Positions 28,195 to 36,707 of a stretch of DNA of 64,000 nucleotides are shown piece after piece. The stretch's first letter is position 1; each line of letters starts with the position of its first letter. The stretch spans positions 108,590 through 172,589 of the forward strand of contig DAHVCH010000001.1 in NCBI GenBank assembly GCA_027314165.1. The letters are read 5' to 3'. The translations under genes were made by a program, and so were the position numbers. This DNA comes from Thermoplasmata archaeon (GTDB taxonomy: Archaea; Thermoplasmatota; Thermoplasmata; Lutacidiplasmatales; UBA184). Under the pieces are notes generated by a model. That model did no database searches. It saw only the letters and a list, made by a program, of their open reading frames with translations, and was not told the DNA's origin.

Positions 28195-28476
28195 ATGGCG
28201 AAAAGGTACCGATGCCGGTTGATGGGATGGAAGTGCGGCTATGTCATGACGGCGCCTACGGTCACCGAGCTGATCCCCCGCGTCGAGGAACACCTCCGGA
28301 GCGCCCACAACCTCGCGGTCGTGCCCCAGGACATCCGTTTGAAGGTCGATTCCGCGGTGCAAGAGTATACGGACCGAAGGGCGACGGGAAGGCCCTCCTC
28401 GGCGGCTCCTGCTCTCTGCGCGGCCCCGTCCCCTGCCGGGCCCGCCACCCCCGCCCCCTCGTCTCCGCCGACCTGA
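28195..28476 (+). CDS. DUF1059-like small metal-binding protein (paralog 1)
   Basis: Small ORF with MAKRYRCRLMGWKCGYVMTAPTVTELIPRVEEHLRSAHNL, showing the Cys pair plus a conserved EHxxxxH arrangement of the DUF1059 family. It is tandem to a paralog. Confidence 0.5.
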   Translation: MAKRYRCRLMGWKCGYVMTAPTVTELIPRVEEHLRSAHNLAVVPQDIRLKVDSAVQEYTDRRATGRPSSAAPALCAAPSPAGPATPAPSSPPT

Positions 28477-28503
28477 GACGTCCGACTCCCGAAGGGAGGG
28501 CCG

Positions 28504-28737
28504 ATGGTCTTCATCTTCCGATGTCCAGGAGTGGACGCCCAATGCCCCTTCACGGCTTCAGGGCTCACGATCAGCGCGATGTGGCCCGAGGTCTTGGAGC
28601 ACTTGCGTACGGCTCACGGGGTCGCCCGGCCGTATCCGTCGCTGCTGAGCCGTGTCGACGGGGGATTCTGGCTTGAGGCCGACAACACGATCGCCACCTC
28701 TCGCGCCCGGGCCGTCGGCTCGGTCCCACCCATCTGA
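28504..28737 (+). CDS. DUF1059-like small metal-binding protein (paralog 2)
   Basis: MVFIFRCPGVDAQCPFTASGLTISAMWPEVLEHLRTAHGV has the same Cys-x6-7-Cys...EHLRxAH architecture as the upstream gene. Confidence 0.5.
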   Translation: MVFIFRCPGVDAQCPFTASGLTISAMWPEVLEHLRTAHGVARPYPSLLSRVDGGFWLEADNTIATSRARAVGSVPPI

Positions 28738-28933
28738 CCCTCCGGTCCCCTGGACCTGGGGCGCCCTCTCCACAGGTCTGTCGTGGGAGCCCGAGGCGGG
28801 TCCTCGGGGCTCGAGGGGCCGCGTCCGGGGCCCGTCACCTCTCCTCGATGGAACCTCTCGGAGGTAACGTCGGGCGCGGCATCCTTCAAATAATGGCCCG
28901 GCTAACATACATGGTGGCCCCGGCCCGAGGGCC

Positions 28934-30595
28934 GTGCGCGCCGAATCGGGGACGTTCCATTGTCCAGCGCAGCACCCGGGGGGAGCTAGCCCGATGGCCG
29001 CCCCGTACCAACCCCCGCCGCCCCCTCCCTCCGATCGACCCCTCTCCGATCAGGGAAGCGCGGGTCCGCAGTCCATGCAGGGCTCCTGGGGTACGACCTC
29101 GGGGCCTACGCAGCGCCCCCGCCACGTCCTGGTGCTCGACATCTCGAAGAGCATGCTCGCTCCCCTTCCGGACCCCAGCGACCCCAGCCGGGTCCGGAGG
29201 AAGATCGAGGTCGCCCGGGCCGCGACCTACCGCATCTTCGAGACGGTCCAGTCCCAGGGAGCGATGTTCGGGCTGGTCATCTTCAACAACGTGGCCCACG
29301 TCGCGATCCCCCTCACCGAGATCCGTCCGGAGATCCGCCCCGCGCTCGACAATCTGGTGGCTCTCCTGCCCCCGAAGGGACGGTCCGCGATCTGGGACGC
29401 GCTCGCCCTGGGCGCGGACCTGCTGCGCGTAGAGGGCGGAGCGACCCACGGGAACCTCGTCCTGGTGACCGACGGGTGGGACAACATGTCGCAACGGTTC
29501 GGGGCCCCCGGCATCGACCTGCCCCCGCCCCCACCCCCGGGGTCCCCTCCGGGAACTTCCCCCCCTCCTCGCGCCGACATCCTCGCCTACCTTCTCACCC
29601 AGGGCAGCAGGCTCGGGCTCCGCATCATCGGGATCGGGAGCGGCGTCGAACGGGACAAGGGGGTCGACTCCCAGAGGATGCGCGCCTTCACGGACGCCTA
29701 CGCCGCCCGGACCCAGGCGTGGAGACTGGGCTGCACCGTCTCCTACGAGGAGGTCACGACGAGCGAGGAGCTCTTCTCCCGCATGGTCCAGGCGTTCGTC
29801 GACATCCCATTCGAGGACGCCATGGCGGTGGAGAACCTCCACCCCGACGAACTGGCAGAGGCGGCAGCCTCGGCCGCCCGGGCGCTGCGCGACTCCGACG
29901 GGAAACGCAGCGTGGTGGGCCACCTGGCTTCCGGCAAAGGTACCGGCGCCGCCGGGAGCCCCGCCCCCGGGACCCCCTCCCAGCCGGGGATGGAGGTCGA
30001 CATCCTGAGCCCGCAGGCCGGTCACTCCGCGGTGAACCTGAGGGACCGTTACGGGCCCCTGGGAGAGGTCGCGGAGGCGTACATGGCCCGCGATTGGGCC
30101 AGGGCCCAGGCCATCCTGTACCAGAAGGGAGGCCTCATCGCCCCCGTCACCCGGTTCTACTGGCAGGCGCGCGTCTACTTCGCGCAAGGAGAGAAGGGGG
30201 AGGCGGGCCGCTACCTAGCGCAAGCCTGGTCGGAGGCCGAGGCGCTACCCGTCGCGGACCGGGGCCGGGTCGTCCGCCGGCTCGCGCTGCTCCAGGCCAA
30301 GGTCACCGGCGACAGGGAGACGGAGAGCCTGGTCAGCTTCTACGACGCGGCCGAGACGAAGGCCCGGTCGCTGGGCAGCGGGCTCGGCGACAAGCTCGAA
30401 CGGATGTTCGACCGCATCCTGGCGCTGAGGGGCACCTACGCGACGGTGAAGGGAGGGGGCGCGGCCGCCCACGAGGAGCTCGTGGAGGAGATCTTCGGAC
30501 TGCTCCAGGACGCCCGCCTCGCCAACACCCAACGCGAGCCCGCCATCGACGCGTTCCTGGACTTCGTGGAGATCGCCCTCGCAGAGATGCGGTAG
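28934..30595 (+). CDS. von Willebrand factor A (vWA) domain protein with Pro-rich linker and C-terminal alpha-helical (TPR-like) domain
   Basis: Has the vWA MIDAS start HVLVLDISKSMLAP (DxSxS) with a downstream T (LVTDGWDN), a PPPPPPGSPPGTSPPPR linker and a ~250-aa helical C-terminal domain. A TATA-like TTCAAATAAT lies at 28886-28898. The start is GTG at 28934 or ATG at 28994. Confidence 0.7.
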   Translation: MRAESGTFHCPAQHPGGASPMAAPYQPPPPPPSDRPLSDQGSAGPQSMQGSWGTTSGPTQRPRHVLVLDISKSMLAPLPDPSDPSRVRRKIEVARAATYRIFETVQSQGAMFGLVIFNNVAHVAIPLTEIRPEIRPALDNLVALLPPKGRSAIWDALALGADLLRVEGGATHGNLVLVTDGWDNMSQRFGAPGIDLPPPPPPGSPPGTSPPPRADILAYLLTQGSRLGLRIIGIGSGVERDKGVDSQRMRAFTDAYAARTQAWRLGCTVSYEEVTTSEELFSRMVQAFVDIPFEDAMAVENLHPDELAEAAASAARALRDSDGKRSVVGHLASGKGTGAAGSPAPGTPSQPGMEVDILSPQAGHSAVNLRDRYGPLGEVAEAYMARDWARAQAILYQKGGLIAPVTRFYWQARVYFAQGEKGEAGRYLAQAWSEAEALPVADRGRVVRRLALLQAKVTGDRETESLVSFYDAAETKARSLGSGLGDKLERMFDRILALRGTYATVKGGGAAAHEELVEEIFGLLQDARLANTQREPAIDAFLDFVEIALAEMR

Positions 30596-30653
30596 GGTCT
30601 CGGGGGCCAAAGCATATCATGAACGTTCACGTGAGAAGAAGGAGCCCTCCAAG

Positions 30654-32033
30654 ATGAGCCCCCCCAACCCCACGAAAGGTGCGAACAAGAAGCGACCCGC
30701 CGACGCGGCCGCGGCTCCGCCGGCGCCTGCTCCCGCGCCGCCTCCCCCTGCGCGCGCGCCCGCCCCCGAGCCTGCACCGGCCCCGACCGCGCCCGGCGAA
30801 GCTCCGGTCGAGCCGGAACCCGCCATCCCGGCGCCCGTGGTCCGCAAGGTCGTCCCAGGGTCCGTTCCACCCCCGGAGAGGAGGGCCCCGCCGCCACCCC
30901 CCATCCGCCCACGAAAGGCCCCGGAGCCGGAACCGCCGGAACCTCCGCCGATCGGGGCCAAGATCGCCGTGGTCGGGATCCCCGCTTCGGGGAAGACCAC
31001 CTACTTCCGCTACCTCTCCGGTCACTTCGGGCTGAACCTGCCTCTGGTCTACGTCCCCAGCCGCTCCGGCTCGGTCATCCCCCTCTTCGGGGACATCGGG
31101 AACGAGGTGGTGATGGAGGAGACCACCTACGAGTCCGACCCCAACAATCCCGCCGCGGCGATGGACACCACGACGCGCCTCTACGTCAATCGGCCGATGG
31201 AGGACCCCACGCGGCTCTTCGTGGAGCTCGCGCAGGGACAGGAGGAGCAGGGGATCCTGACCAAGTATCCCCTTCCGACGAAGTACAACCAGTTCGTCGA
31301 GATGAAGCTCAACTTCCGGTACGGGGTCGCGGGGAACCTCGCCCAGGCGAAGCCGATGGTCCTTAGGACCGTCGACGAGGCCGGGGGGATCATCTCGGAC
31401 TACTTCACCTACGACCGCCTGTGGATCAACGCTCCTACCGAGGAGGTCCCGGTCGAGAAGTGCCGGGTCATCCCGCGCTTCGACACCTGGAAGCCCGACC
31501 GCCAGGAGCTCTGGCGACGCGGGCTCACCCTGATGGGAAGGTTCACCGTCGACGCCGACGGCATCATCCTTCTCCTCACCCCGCAGCTGGGCTCGCTCAG
31601 GGACAGCGCCCAGCAGGTGAACCTCGCGCGGGGGGTCTTCCGGTACGCGCGGCAGCGGGGCATCCCCGTGGTGATCGCGATATCGAAGGCCGACCTGCTG
31701 AAGGAGTTCTACCTCGAGGTGGAACAGGTCCTGACCAATCGCGGGTACCTCTCAGGGTTCGACAGCAACCGGTTCCTCACCGAGCGCGACGGAAGCGGGC
31801 TCGGGAGCATTCTCGCGGCCCAGGAGGGCCGCGGGTTCTCCACGAAGGAGGACGCCTACCTGGTCGCCTCGGCGATCTCCACGGGAGAGGGACGACCTCT
31901 CCTCTACGGGGACACGGCGGACGTCGACCTCAACAACGGTGCGACCGCGGGAGTGCCCGTGATGGTCAACACGACGCTCCCCCTCGCCCGGATCTGCGAG
32001 CGCGTGCTGACCGAGCGCGGCGACCTGAGCTAG
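30654..32033 (+). CDS. TRAFAC-class small-GTPase-like protein with Pro/Ala-rich N-terminal IDR and large inserted domain
   Basis: Has G1 AKIAVVGIPASGKTTY, G3 RFTVDADGII (DxxG) and G4 VVIAISKADL (NKxD-like SKAD). There is a ~110-aa PAPAPAPPPP-type N-terminal region and a ~190-aa insertion between G1 and G3. A TATA-like GCATATCA lies ~38 nt upstream of the ATG. Confidence 0.7.
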   Translation: MSPPNPTKGANKKRPADAAAAPPAPAPAPPPPARAPAPEPAPAPTAPGEAPVEPEPAIPAPVVRKVVPGSVPPPERRAPPPPPIRPRKAPEPEPPEPPPIGAKIAVVGIPASGKTTYFRYLSGHFGLNLPLVYVPSRSGSVIPLFGDIGNEVVMEETTYESDPNNPAAAMDTTTRLYVNRPMEDPTRLFVELAQGQEEQGILTKYPLPTKYNQFVEMKLNFRYGVAGNLAQAKPMVLRTVDEAGGIISDYFTYDRLWINAPTEEVPVEKCRVIPRFDTWKPDRQELWRRGLTLMGRFTVDADGIILLLTPQLGSLRDSAQQVNLARGVFRYARQRGIPVVIAISKADLLKEFYLEVEQVLTNRGYLSGFDSNRFLTERDGSGLGSILAAQEGRGFSTKEDAYLVASAISTGEGRPLLYGDTADVDLNNGATAGVPVMVNTTLPLARICERVLTERGDLS

Positions 32034-32042
32034 GGGCGGGGC

Positions 32043-34640
32043 ATGGACGCGCCCAGGCCCGTGCCCGCTCCAGGGACCCCCGCGGCTCCCTCGAGACCGG
32101 CCGGGGCGGGTCCGTCCGGCGGAAAGGACCGGGGACTGGTCTCCGTCGTCTGGTGCCGCCAAGTGGACAACGAGGCCGAGAGCCCGGGATACACGACGGT
32201 CCCGACGGAGTTCCCGGGCCGGAAGGAGACGCTGGACACCGTCCGGGTCGTCGGGAACCTCGCGATCAACGCGGCCGACACCCACGACTACTGGGACCCG
32301 GACCCCACGAGCAAGCTCGCCTACTACCACAACCTGTTCCTCTATCCCGCGAACGGAGGGCAGTACCTCTGCCTGGGCCGGATGTTCCTCTCCACCGAGG
32401 ACCGACCTCGGCTCGGGATGAAGACGCTCATCCTGGACGCCTCCGCGCTGCTCGAGTCGGAGAACCTCGGGCTCGTCCTGCGGCGATGGTACAGCTCCAT
32501 GGGCAATCCCGGTCGCGGCGCGCAGACGGAGGGGCGGGCCGACCCCGCGATGATGGACGCCCTCTCCGACGCGTTCGTGTTCCTACGGCTGGACCCCGGC
32601 CGGCCGTTGGTGGGTCTGGTCTCGGACAACTTCCACGACGCGGTCGAGGGAGTGCTCACGCTGCTCGAGCGCATGCCCTCCTCCGTTGCCCTTCTCGGAG
32701 GGTGTCTCATCTTCCCGTACTTCCTCCCCGTGGGACGGGTCCAAGTGGCGGAGTTCGCCGAGACCTTCCCGCTGACCCTGGCCCTCGCCCGGATCCCCCG
32801 CAACGAGGCGGGGGGAGACCGCCACGTGAAGCGCGTCTCGGCTTGGGCCTCCCAGGGCGTCCACCTCCTCGACCTGACCCAGGGGCTCCCATCTGAGGTC
32901 CGTTCCCGCCCCGCGGCCGGCCCTCCGATCTCCTGGTGGTGCAAGGGCGACCGGCCGGAACTGATCAACGACCTGCGGAGAGCGGTGGACCGCGTCGAGC
33001 TCCCCCGCCTCCGAGAGTCGGAGCAGAAGGGGAGCCTCCGGAGCGGGTCGGAGCGGCGCCGGGAACTTGCCCGGCTCGCCTCCGCCATGAGCTCGATCTC
33101 GCTCGCGCTGCAGAGGCCTCCCTCGGAGCGGTCGACCCTGGGCGTGGAGGTCCTCCGCACCGTGCAGCCCTACCTCCAAGCGCTCTCCGCAACGGCCGGG
33201 TCTCCCGCAGAAGGGGTACGCACTCCGGGAACCCTTCCCGAAGCCCCATCCACCGGGCCTGCCGCGCCTTCCGTGGTCCCGGTGGGCGGCATCGTCGTGA
33301 CCCCGCCCTTGGGGATGCCCCCGAAGAGTTCGAGCTCGCAGGAGGAGCCCCCCTGGCGCAGGGCTCCTCGGCTCCGTCCGGAGCGGTCGGAGGTGGTGCC
33401 CGTCCCTCGGGGGGCCCCCGGGGGCGAGGGGCCCCCCGGGGACGAACGGGTGGGCGCCGGGTCGGCGGCCGCTCCTCCCGTGCCACCGGGCGTCGACCGA
33501 AACCCTCCGTACGGCGACCTCGCCGGGGCGTCGCCGCCCCCCGCCGCGGTACCCGGCCTGCCGCCCGCGCTCCTCGAGGAGCTCCGGTCGTACATCGACT
33601 CCCGGATCGGAGAGTCCCGCGTGCGCGTCGGCGACCTCGACCCCGACGTGGTCGGCGGGCTCGAGCGTGATCTGGAACGGCGACTGGAAGCGCGCGCGCG
33701 GCTCCTCGTTTCCCCAGAGGCGCTGGAGGCGCGGGTCGTGGAGATCCTGGCCCGAAGGCCCCCCCCACCCGCACCGGACCCCCAGGACCTCCTGAACGAC
33801 GCGACCAGGGGCGCCCTGGCCGAGGTCGTGGACGCCCTCGTTGCCGAACGAATGGCGGACGCGACCGCAGGCGGCAACGCGGGAGCCTCCTCGTCGGCCG
33901 AGGACGACCTCTCGAGGTTGGACGACCGCGTGGTGGCGCTCCTTTCGAAGGACCCGGACGACCGGCGCGTCGCGGCCTTGCTCGACCAGCGCATCCAGGA
34001 CTACGTCGCCTCCTCCGCGCAGGCGGACCGAAAGGCGACGGACGACCGTCTCGACCTCATCCTGAAGGAGCTCCAGTTGCGGGCGAAGTCCCAGACGGAG
34101 CTCGAGGCGACCATCCGGTCCGAGGTCCGGTTCCTGGACGAGAAGCTCCAGACGCTGATGGGTCGGATGATCCCGCTGCTGAAGCGGACCTGGCTCAAGA
34201 TCGACGAGCTCGAGAAGCGCCCCGCCGGCGCGGGGGGCGCCTCCGATCAGAAGATGAAGCGCCTGCGCGACGAGCTCTGGAGGGAGATGAAGCGCATGGA
34301 GATCGACCTCTCGGAGCGCACGCGCCTCATCCTCGACCGGGTCGAAGGGAACATCCAGAACCAGGGGAAGCTCTGGCTGACGCTGGTGGGCCAGCTGTCC
34401 TCGCTCGCCGAGCAGCGGCGCGAACTGGAGAAGATCGTGCACGAGTCGAAAGAGGACTTCGAGGTTCCCGCGGAGGACGGCCCCCTGCAGGTCCCAGAGG
34501 AGACCTCGGAGGAAGACCGGGCGGACGAGGCCCCGAAGCCGACGACCACCGCGGCGCAAACAGGGAAGGCGACCGCGCAGAGGAACAGGGGGACCGAGAA
34601 GGACCCTGCTCCTTCGAACCGGACCGCGCGGGCCAAGTAA
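32043..34640 (+). CDS. large coiled-coil protein: N-terminal ~290-aa globular domain, Pro-rich linker, ~400-aa coiled coil
   Basis: The ATG lies 9 nt after the GTPase stop (operonic). The N-terminal domain (VVWCRQVDNEAESPGYTTVP...LILDASALLESENLGLVLRRWY) has no family I can name. The centre is Pro-rich (PPLGMPPKSS...PPVPPGVDRNPPY). The C-terminus has heptad-rich E/R/L/K repeats (DRLDLILKELQLRAKSQTELEATIRSEVRFLDEKLQTLMGRM...). Confidence 0.55.
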   Translation: MDAPRPVPAPGTPAAPSRPAGAGPSGGKDRGLVSVVWCRQVDNEAESPGYTTVPTEFPGRKETLDTVRVVGNLAINAADTHDYWDPDPTSKLAYYHNLFLYPANGGQYLCLGRMFLSTEDRPRLGMKTLILDASALLESENLGLVLRRWYSSMGNPGRGAQTEGRADPAMMDALSDAFVFLRLDPGRPLVGLVSDNFHDAVEGVLTLLERMPSSVALLGGCLIFPYFLPVGRVQVAEFAETFPLTLALARIPRNEAGGDRHVKRVSAWASQGVHLLDLTQGLPSEVRSRPAAGPPISWWCKGDRPELINDLRRAVDRVELPRLRESEQKGSLRSGSERRRELARLASAMSSISLALQRPPSERSTLGVEVLRTVQPYLQALSATAGSPAEGVRTPGTLPEAPSTGPAAPSVVPVGGIVVTPPLGMPPKSSSSQEEPPWRRAPRLRPERSEVVPVPRGAPGGEGPPGDERVGAGSAAAPPVPPGVDRNPPYGDLAGASPPPAAVPGLPPALLEELRSYIDSRIGESRVRVGDLDPDVVGGLERDLERRLEARARLLVSPEALEARVVEILARRPPPPAPDPQDLLNDATRGALAEVVDALVAERMADATAGGNAGASSSAEDDLSRLDDRVVALLSKDPDDRRVAALLDQRIQDYVASSAQADRKATDDRLDLILKELQLRAKSQTELEATIRSEVRFLDEKLQTLMGRMIPLLKRTWLKIDELEKRPAGAGGASDQKMKRLRDELWREMKRMEIDLSERTRLILDRVEGNIQNQGKLWLTLVGQLSSLAEQRRELEKIVHESKEDFEVPAEDGPLQVPEETSEEDRADEAPKPTTTAAQTGKATAQRNRGTEKDPAPSNRTARAK

Positions 34641-34732
34641 CCGCCCCCCGCAGCCCGTGAAAGGGGACCCTGGCGAGCGACGGGAGCGCGGACGCGCGCT
34701 CCGCTGGGCGGATTCGGGCCCCGACAATCAAC

Positions 34733-35665
34733 ATGGGCATGAGCGGCCTCGACCACGGAATGGCGCGGACCCTCCTGCCCCCCATCGCCCCGAGGCTCAA
34801 CGAGGTCGGCCCCAGGGAGCGCACGGAGCTGGCGGGCTGGATCGAGGACAGTCCTCGCGTGGCCCTTGCCCTGGGGAGCCTGATCGGCGGTCTATCCCGC
34901 GCGTATGTCGTGGGGGACGCCTCGTGTCCCAGGGCCGCGGTGATCCATATCGCGGAGGCCACCGCCGAGCCTGAGGTCCTTGGAGGCGATCCTGCGGCGG
35001 CGTGGTCCATCCTCTCCCGGCTGCCGGGATGGCAACGGCCCCATCTGCTGTCCGACGGGCTGGCGGACCCTCTCTGCCACCTCATGGAGAGCGAACTCAA
35101 GGTGCCCGTGCGGCGAGAGAAGGACCTGCAATACGTCCTCAAGACCGACCCCCTGGACCACCGGGACGCTCGCGTTCGGCGGATCACGACCGCGGACCTG
35201 GAGGTCGTCGAGCGATCGGACCGCTTGACCCAGCCTCGCGGGCATGGCGATGTCCGCACCACTCTCTCTCGGGGGGTGGTGGGCGGGGCCGTAGTGGGAG
35301 ACCGCCTGGTCTCCTCGGTGATGTCCTGCGCCTGGGGAGGTGTCCACGTGAACCTCGGAGCGGCCACGGCCAAGGACTGGAGAGGTCAGGGACTGGCTTC
35401 GGCGGAGACCGTCCTGGTCTGCCGGGCGCTCCAAGAGCGCGGGCTGCGGCCCTGCTGGTGCACGGGCCCGCAGAACATGGCGTCCCAACGCGTCGCCGAG
35501 AAGGTGGGGTTCGAGCTCGTGCAAGGGGGAGAGTACCTCATCCCGGAGGGACCGCCTGGTCAGGCCCTCGGTCCGCGCGCCCCCGAGACGAAAGGACCCC
35601 ACCGCGGTGCGCAGCCGACACGAAAGGATATCTCCCGATACCGCCCGCCAAGAATCGGTCCATGA
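34733..35665 (+). CDS. GNAT-fold acetyltransferase-like protein (C-terminal FR47-like domain)
   Basis: The C-terminal segment VMSCAWGGVHVNLGAATAKDWRGQGLASAETVLVCRALQERGLRPCWCTGPQNMASQRVAEKVGFELV has GNAT motif A/B character. The N-terminal half is of unknown fold. Confidence 0.45.
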   Translation: MGMSGLDHGMARTLLPPIAPRLNEVGPRERTELAGWIEDSPRVALALGSLIGGLSRAYVVGDASCPRAAVIHIAEATAEPEVLGGDPAAAWSILSRLPGWQRPHLLSDGLADPLCHLMESELKVPVRREKDLQYVLKTDPLDHRDARVRRITTADLEVVERSDRLTQPRGHGDVRTTLSRGVVGGAVVGDRLVSSVMSCAWGGVHVNLGAATAKDWRGQGLASAETVLVCRALQERGLRPCWCTGPQNMASQRVAEKVGFELVQGGEYLIPEGPPGQALGPRAPETKGPHRGAQPTRKDISRYRPPRIGP

Positions 35666-36580
35666 GCCCCCGAAGGAAACCCCCGCGGGCGCGCCTCCTC
35701 GACGAGCGGGTGCGGCGATACTACCTCGGATACGACGAGGAGGGACGTCTCGCGAAGGACCCGTTCCATCGCCTGGAGTTCGACACGACGCTGCGGTACC
35801 TGGAGCGCGTCCTCCCCCCCCCGCGGCCACATCTTGGACGCAGGGAGCGGACCGGGGCGATACGCGGTGGCACTCGCCCGACGGGGGCACACCGTGTCCC
35901 TGATCGACCTCATGCCGGAACACGTGGAGGCCGCGCGGCGTGCAGCCGCACGAGCTGGGGTCGCGCCCGATCTCCTCGACTTGCGGTCGGGTTCGTTGGA
36001 CGACCTGTCTTTCTTCCCCGATTCGGGGTTCGCAGGGGTTCTGTGCCTCGGGTCGGCGCTCGGCCACCTTGTGGACCCGGTCCGTCGGGCCCGCGCCTTG
36101 CGTGAGCTCTTTCGCGTCGCACGCCCGGGAGCCCCGGTCTTCGTCTCGGTCATCGGCCGGCTCTGTCTGCTCGGCTCCAGCATGCTCGCCAACCCCGGAG
36201 AGTGGCAGGTGGACCCGGCGATGTACCGCCGCATCGAGCGAACAGGGGACTACGACGGCCATCGGGGGTTCGCGCCCTGCCACTTCTTCCTGGTCGAAGA
36301 GCTTCAGGAAGAGATGCGAAAGGCCGGCCTCACGATCGAGACCACCGTCGGGCTCCAGGGGCTCGTCCCACCCTACCCCAAGCAGATCTCCTCTGCCGCC
36401 CGAAGATACCCCAAGGCGTTCCGGGCCTGGTTGGAACTCCTCTACAGGTCCTGCGAAGACCCCGCGGTCGTGCCCTTCAGCCAGCACTTTCTCGTGATAG
36501 GGCGGAGGCCCGGGAGTCTCCCGGTCGGTCCGGAGGGACGTGGGGGACGGTCCCGCCGCGATTCGCGGACCTCCGGATGA
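35662..36580 (+). CDS. class I SAM-dependent methyltransferase (Methyltransf_11/12-like), reading frame interrupted at a poly-C tract
   Basis: The N-terminus MSPRRKPPRARLLDERVRRYYLGYDEEGRL...RYLERVLPPP (frame 1) continues as RGHILDAGSGPGRYAVALARRGHTVSLIDLMPEHV (motif I, frame 2) after a 9-C run at 35814-35822. One missing or extra C restores a single ORF. Confidence 0.6.
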
Positions 36581-36707
36581 TGGATGGGCGGTCCGGAGCA
36601 GGACCGGGAACCCCTCGCCGGCTTTCGACCGAGAAGCAAGGAGAGAGCGTGAGCGGCGACAATTCACGCGTACATTCCTTAATATCAATGGGACCGGTCG
36701 TGAACTC

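Noticed and set aside
32583-34727. 714-aa - ORF antisense to the coiled-coil protein gene
   Set aside because: Antisense reading of a GC/GAG-rich coiled-coil gene gives a long open frame (L/R/P/G-rich), with no domain signal.
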